Of a stretch of DNA of 64,000 bases, positions 1 through 64,000 are shown piece after piece. Below the pieces are notes generated by a model. The model saw nothing but the letters and a program-made list of their open reading frames with translations. It was not told the DNA's origin and ran no database searches. Position numbers and translations under genes: made by a program. Numbering within the stretch: the stretch's first letter is position 1; every line of letters starts with the position of its first letter. The DNA is from Squalus acanthias (lineage: Eukaryota). Location: NCBI GenBank assembly GCA_030390025.1, contig CM059435.1, positions 19,964,001 to 20,028,000 of the forward strand. Reading direction: 5' to 3'.

Positions 1-429
1 TTACTGTATCTCAAAAGTAATGAATTGGTGAGGAGTGCTTTGAGACATCCTGAGGACATAAAGAAGGACCATTTATTTATATTGCACCTTATGTGTGGCA
101 TTAATCTGTTTGGTAACCTGATTAGTCATATAATACACAATAATTGGTATCCTATTTGAAACCATTCATACTCTATGCAGCACAATCTCTCTGCAACAGG
201 ACATGTGTGATGTGGAAAAAAGGTTAGTGTTTTGATTTTATTTGGGCTTGTGTGGAAACTTAATTTCAAAAGATTTTTCATACTGTATGAGAATTGTTGA
301 GATTGAGTTGCATGTACAACATGTTTTAATTATGTTTAAAACTTGTAGTTTTGAGTGGACATTATCCATAAATTACTATTCATACATGGAAAAACTGCCA
401 TTCTCACCCTCAACTCCATGTTTTCATCC

Positions 430-3400
430 TTTTAAATGGAACACAATAAACCAGTTTAATAGATCAGAATGCTGGCATGGAACAAACAAGTTCACCAATA
501 TGAATAAAAACTTGAGCTAAGTCAATGATGTAAAATAATTGTAGTTTTGATGAAAAAGACAACAGCCTTTATGCATAAAAAGGTAATATACAGCACTGAA
601 AATGAAGTTTGTATTGCTTTTTGTAATTACCCAGCAGTTACTGAATTTTATTAGGAGGTAATGGTAACATAAAAAGGTATTGGCACTCCCATCTGCCTTT
701 TGATTAAGTTTACAGCATTTACAAAAATAAGTCCCATTTTTCAAAACACAGATAAAATAATTCACCAAGGAAAACCAATGGACAGGAATACAAATGGAAA
801 TAAATTCTGAATCTGAAAAACTTACAAATGGCAGTTAACGGAAAGGAAGGATTTAAACACTCGACAGAGGGAAAAAAAACTGAAAAATATGAAGTAAACA
901 TACAATAATCCCAAAGAGACACAAAGTATGTGAAACAGCAAATGAAACAAGAAAACAGTTGACCATTAAGCTTTGGCTCAGTGGGCAATGATTTTGTCCA
1001 AAACCTACATTTCGCTGAACTCAGATCCATGTCATGTTGGCACCACTTATGGAATTATAGATCACTGATCAAGTGTTTTTCAATGGTCTCATTTCCATAA
1101 TTATTCAATGGTCTCTTGATTTCATAATTCATCTCAGCATGGAGTCGGAGTTGCTTTCCTGCATTATCCACATTTCTCAAAATACTTAACTCAGTGCTCC
1201 ATAAATAGAAAATGTATATTTTTCCCCAAAATGAACAAACAACTAGTCTACAGTTCCATCTCCGTATCTTGGCATGCTAAATCTAAATATGGGTTTTAAA
1301 GTAACTTTTTAGAAAACTAGTCAAGCGGAGAATAGGGGCGATTTCAACCTTGCCCACCCGGCAGAATCCAGGCATTTAAAATAGTCTGCGAGACTTACCT
1401 ACCGAGGTCGCATTCCCTTCACAGAGTTTCTCCATTTCAACCTGCTCTTCTGAGCAAGTGAGAGGCACACCCACTGGGAACTGGCGGGGTCCTTCTTTAA
1501 ATATGCAGATCGAACTCTAATGTGGTCATCAGGTCCAGATTGCTATTTTAATCAGAGGGAAGCCGTTGCGGCTTTCTTGCCAATCTAACCTAGCGGAAAG
1601 AGGAGCTGGGGCCAGAAAAGGCAAGTGCTTTTATTTTTTTTTGACGTTCCTTGTGGGGCCAGGAGGAGCAGAAGAAATCCTCCAGGTCCCAGAAGGACTG
1701 TTTAGACCTCTCCTGCTCCCGACATCGCTCCCTCCCCCAACCACTTAACTGAGTGCCAGAGAGTGTTCCTTCGGTCCCTGGCAGAGGTCTCCTGCTGCCC
1801 GATGTTCCACTCCCACCTGCCAGCCAGCTACCGCTTCCCGCCAGTTAAAGTCTTCTGGGCATCGTCCTGCCGAGGTCAAAACGGTTTGCCGTCCGCCTCG
1901 GCCCCCACCCGCACAGCTGCCATCGAGACCACACTAAAAGCTTTAATATAGCGATGAAGCTTTCCTAATATCACAACACAGACTATGTTTAGGTACACAC
2001 AGGATGCTCAGTGATATGCAATTGAATTTGTAACTTCCTACTTGAAACTTGACTCATTCCTGATCACAACTACCTTTGTAACTTGGCAATATTTTCTGTG
2101 GCTCTAAAATCATGTAGTACATTTTCTCTACTGACGTTAATCCTTTAAATGAGTTTACAGCCTGCAAAATAGATTTCACTCCGATTTCTTCAAAATGTAC
2201 TCCTCAAAGTTTCTAGAACATAGAGATGATGAATTTTAATCACCTGGGCCTTAAAATTACACAGTGGGATCCTAGTGCATGAATACGTAATGTGTTTGAA
2301 ATCCCTCTTTCCATTATTTTAGTGGAGGCATTATTCATTTTGAACAGGTTAACATTTCCACTAAGATAGCAGAGAGGGGGATTTCAGGTGCGTCCATTAA
2401 GGGGTAAAATTCCGAGATTGTTCTGCCAGCAGGGAGCTGCACCATATTGAGAAATCAGTGGTGCAGAATGAAAACCATGAGCAGCACACCTGTAATTCTC
2501 AAATATGTGTGGCCAAGCAGGCAAGGTTCTCCACTGGCTATGCAAACTGTGAAAATCGTCCCTTTAGTGTTTGTACGTGAGCATCTCAAAGTATAATTTC
2601 AATGCCCTGGATTTTCTGACTAACCCACAGATTCTAAAACACACTGCAACAATCCTCCGACAGTTCATCAACAGCTTTGGTGTGCACTGCAGCAAACCCT
2701 CATGATGGTCTGCATCCTCTTGAAGATATAACAAAGGAATGGGCACAGGAGATGTATCTGGCACATTTATTTCACTATGAAGGTAAAAGGATACAATGAA
2801 CACATACCATAGAGCTGTAAGGGGGGAAAAAGCAATGATGGAGCATTTCATATCTATATTAAGGTGCTTCAATGCACTCATGCACACATAAATTCATGTC
2901 AGCTGTTGATACAATTGCAAAGATTCTCAAATACTTCATCACTCATGTTCAGTTTAAAATCTTGGGTAAGTCACTAAAACAATCCTATCAAAAATATATT
3001 TAGCAATGGTAAACAAACAAACTACAACTGATTAAATGCCAAGTGTGCAAATCTTCTGCTTCTCAGCGGTCCATTGCATCATCTAAGCATGCACATGGCA
3101 TTTGACATCATATGCAACTGCATGTAATATGATGGGCAGAACTCAGTGCTCAGCACTAACGTTGAGTTCGGTATAAACAATGTCCCATGTCATGCTACGT
3201 AGGTAAAGCAGCTCACTTGTATAATCAGTAATGTTTAATATTCCTTTGCAGGCTTTATTATGAACAAACAAGTCAATTTACTGTAACAGCTTTTTTTTTA
3301 AGAATTCAGAACAAGCTACAAGATACCAGGACGCTCGTAGTGCATTGGAATGGTGAAGAAATTATGTTTTGAATGGAAAAATTCTGTCCTTTGTGAACCA

Positions 3401-4197
3401 TTGCTAAGTATTTTTACTGAACCACTATTTTGATCATCTTCCTATCGACATCACCTGGAACAGCTAGTTGTGTGCTAACAAACTTCTATCCACTATCTTT
3501 TGATTAAGACATCTGTGAAACCTCATTTGCCTAAAATTATTCACTTTCAAATAATTAAGGTTTTTTTTTATTTTACAAAAACACGAACTGCTGTCAAACC
3601 AAGTGTCAGTTAAAAACCAATACTAGGTTACCATTTGAATATTACAAACCTCAGGAGAAATACATCCAATCTTTATCTCGCCAGATAAGCATACTTCAAT
3701 ATAAATTAATGCACATCCGAATTGGGAACCAATATGTGCCATTCATTTCCATAGGATAATTTGTATTATAGGTGCTGACCGTCTTTAGCAGATCAAAAAG
3801 AAAGGAGGAAATTAAATTGACATCCATCGCATAAGCATGTGTTATTAAACATTAGTTGCAAGATTTCTCTTCCATCTTTGTAAAAGGTATTCCCATGTGG
3901 GATTCTGCTTGCTGGAAAAGCTCATATACTGTGGAATGATGGTTAGAGGTTCTAGTTTTGACTTTTGTTTCCCCTCAACATGCGTTTTCTGTAATTGCAA
4001 ATGTTTTATTTTCTTGGTGGTGGTTGAAACTGAAATGTTTTTTGCACAGCAGGAGTATATTTTTACATTAATATTGATATTCTTTCCTGGTTCTTCTGTG
4101 TGAAATAACAAGGCAGAGAAAGTCTGTGTTGATGATAGCAACAGTATGATTCCATTCTTTAATTCACGGCTTTTTGAGGAGTTGCACTTCCACGTTA
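430..4197 (-). other. Probable long 3' UTR of EPB41L1, distal end uncertain
   Basis: AU-rich and mostly repeat-free. Candidate minus-strand poly(A) signals: AATAAA near 4005, 3254 and 647-652, ATTAAA at 455-460. Confidence 0.4.
1335..1930. mobile_element. GC-rich non-autonomous DNA transposon relic (PIF/Harbinger-like)
   Basis: Starts GGGGCGATTTCAAC and shares motifs (cttacc, gtggggccaggaggagca) with other copies in the window. Right end not found. Confidence 0.45.
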
Positions 4198-62350
<58,153 letters not shown>

Positions 62351-63017
62351 CTGAAGTAGAACAGAGCCAATAAAGTAATCACTTGTGAGACAACGTACAT
62401 CAAATACTGGGTTACAGCAAGTCTGTTCCAGTACACTGACATTCACCAGTCTGGAAACACAACACAGCATTGTTCCTCTTTCGCTAAAATAATAGCCTTC
62501 ATTAAAGTGCCACTGAGAGAACTGGGTGGCACAAAGAGTCAGACATTAGCCCATCACTTCTGGGACCTGGTTTCAAATCCAGCCCAGGCTGAGGGCATTA
62601 AAGTCCTTCCCATCTCCTGGCTGTAAGGGCTGAATGAGCATGGGTATGTGTCATTAATTTGGTACTAATGGTTAATTGGGGTGAGAAAAATGAGGTGGGG
62701 GGGGGGGGGAAGAGAGAGAGAAAATGCTCTTCTGAGGTTGGGGCTGAAGCACATTGTCGGAGCAGGGTGAAGAGAGCTTTACTCTGTATCCGGCTGTACC
62801 ATACCTGACCCAGGAGCGCTGGGTTCCTGAATGGAAAATGTTCTTTTCCCAGCACTAACATCTCTTACTTTGCCGAGCACAAAAAAAGGTTCACGGTCTT
62901 GATAGAGCCAGTTTATAAAATATCAATCACAGAAATGTATTGTCATGTCATCTGGCCATGAGGCAGCTGATAAAAATGACACACAACTGCTCTTGCTCTT
63001 TGTGAAGTACTTCTTCA

Positions 63018-63167
63018 TAAAGAGTCATAATAGCACAGAAGGCGGCCATTCGGCCCATCGGGTCTGTGCCGGCTCTCTGCGGAGCAATCCAGTCAGTCCC
63101 ATTCCCCCGCTCTATCCCCGTAGCCCTGCAAGTTTATTTCCTCAAGTGCCTATCCAGTCTCCCCTTT
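63018..63167 (-). mobile_element. CR1 3' end fragment
   Basis: agcacagaaggcggccattcggcccatcg...cccgtagccctgcaag. Confidence 0.75.
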
Positions 63168-63928
63168 GGGCCAGAAACGCGGCTCGTCGGGTGAGTACGC
63201 GCTGTGTACTCACCCGTAAGGCCACCTGAAGTGCCGGTTTCCTGCATGCACTGCACGTGCGCGGGAAACCGGAACTTCCGTTCCCCTGAAGGGAGGGGTT
63301 CAGAAGTCGAACACGTGCGCGGGAGAGACTGCATGCGCGCAGCGAACTTCGTTTTTTTTTCAGGTTTCTCCGGGAAGGGTAAGTATGGAGAAGCTGCACT
63401 TTTAAAAAGGAGGCGCAAGGCCTGTTTTTAAACAAGGTAAGTGGTTAATTAATTACAATGCAAACATTTTTTCAACAGGTTTATCTTTTTTAGATACTTT
63501 AAAGAAAGGTAAGTTTATGTTTAGCACCATTAAAAAGTATAATTCATTTTTTCAAAAATTTAAATTTTAGTTTGAAGTAGTTAATTTATGTAACTTAGTT
63601 ATTTTAAAAATGTGATTAAAAAAAAAAAATTATTTGAAGTTTAAGTGTGGTTTTGGGGCCGATCTCTATTCATAGATTTGACAGGTCTTCCTGTCAAATC
63701 TATGAATGAAAATGCCCTGCTAGGATTGGCTCTCCATGGCCCACGTGATCCCAGGGGACGCTTCGAACTAACTGCGCCCCTGGGATACGCAAGCACTGCG
63801 CGCCGGCAGCTGGAGGAGGCCCAGGACCCGAAGTCCTCGTGGGCCCAAAGCACAACTGCAGGTGCAGTAGGCAAGTACGCGTGCAATGCTTGCACCCGCA
63901 GGAAGCCGGAAAGCCGAATTTCTGGCCC
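63168..63928. mobile_element. PIF/Harbinger-like non-autonomous element (761 bp)
   Basis: TIRs GGGCCAGAAACGCGGC / GCCGAATTTCTGGCCC (14 of 16 match). GC-rich arms with an AT-rich centre, related in inverted orientation to 9816-10562. Confidence 0.8.
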
Positions 63929-64000
63929 AATGATTGAATTTATCCTTTCAGGGGAAAAATTACGTTCAAAACACATTTTTATATTTGTACCTAATAATAC

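Overview
Vertebrate genomic DNA. The repeat content (CR1 and L2 LINEs, Deu-domain tRNA-SINEs, Penelope relics, GC-rich non-autonomous DNA transposons) suggests a cartilaginous fish; this is an inference. One gene spans the window on the minus strand: the 3' part of EPB41L1 (protein 4.1N). I traced 18 GT-AG coding exons that join in one frame, from the FERM central lobe (62350) through FERM-C, FA, SAB and the 4.1 C-terminal domain to the stop codon (4198). The 5' exons lie beyond position 64000. An additional ~2.9 kb giant exon (19635-22507) carries about 21 tandem KESKPCTPEDVG repeats and a 1-nt frameshift near its 5' end. The introns hold nested transposon stacks. Most notable are a 215-bp TSD-flanked palindromic Penelope-derived insert with a complete minimal hammerhead ribozyme fold (8514-8560), a second Penelope relic with a GIY-YIG endonuclease and a mutated hammerhead, and a candidate decayed giant exon at about 29.9-33.5 kb. 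All family assignments come from motif recognition, not from database searches.
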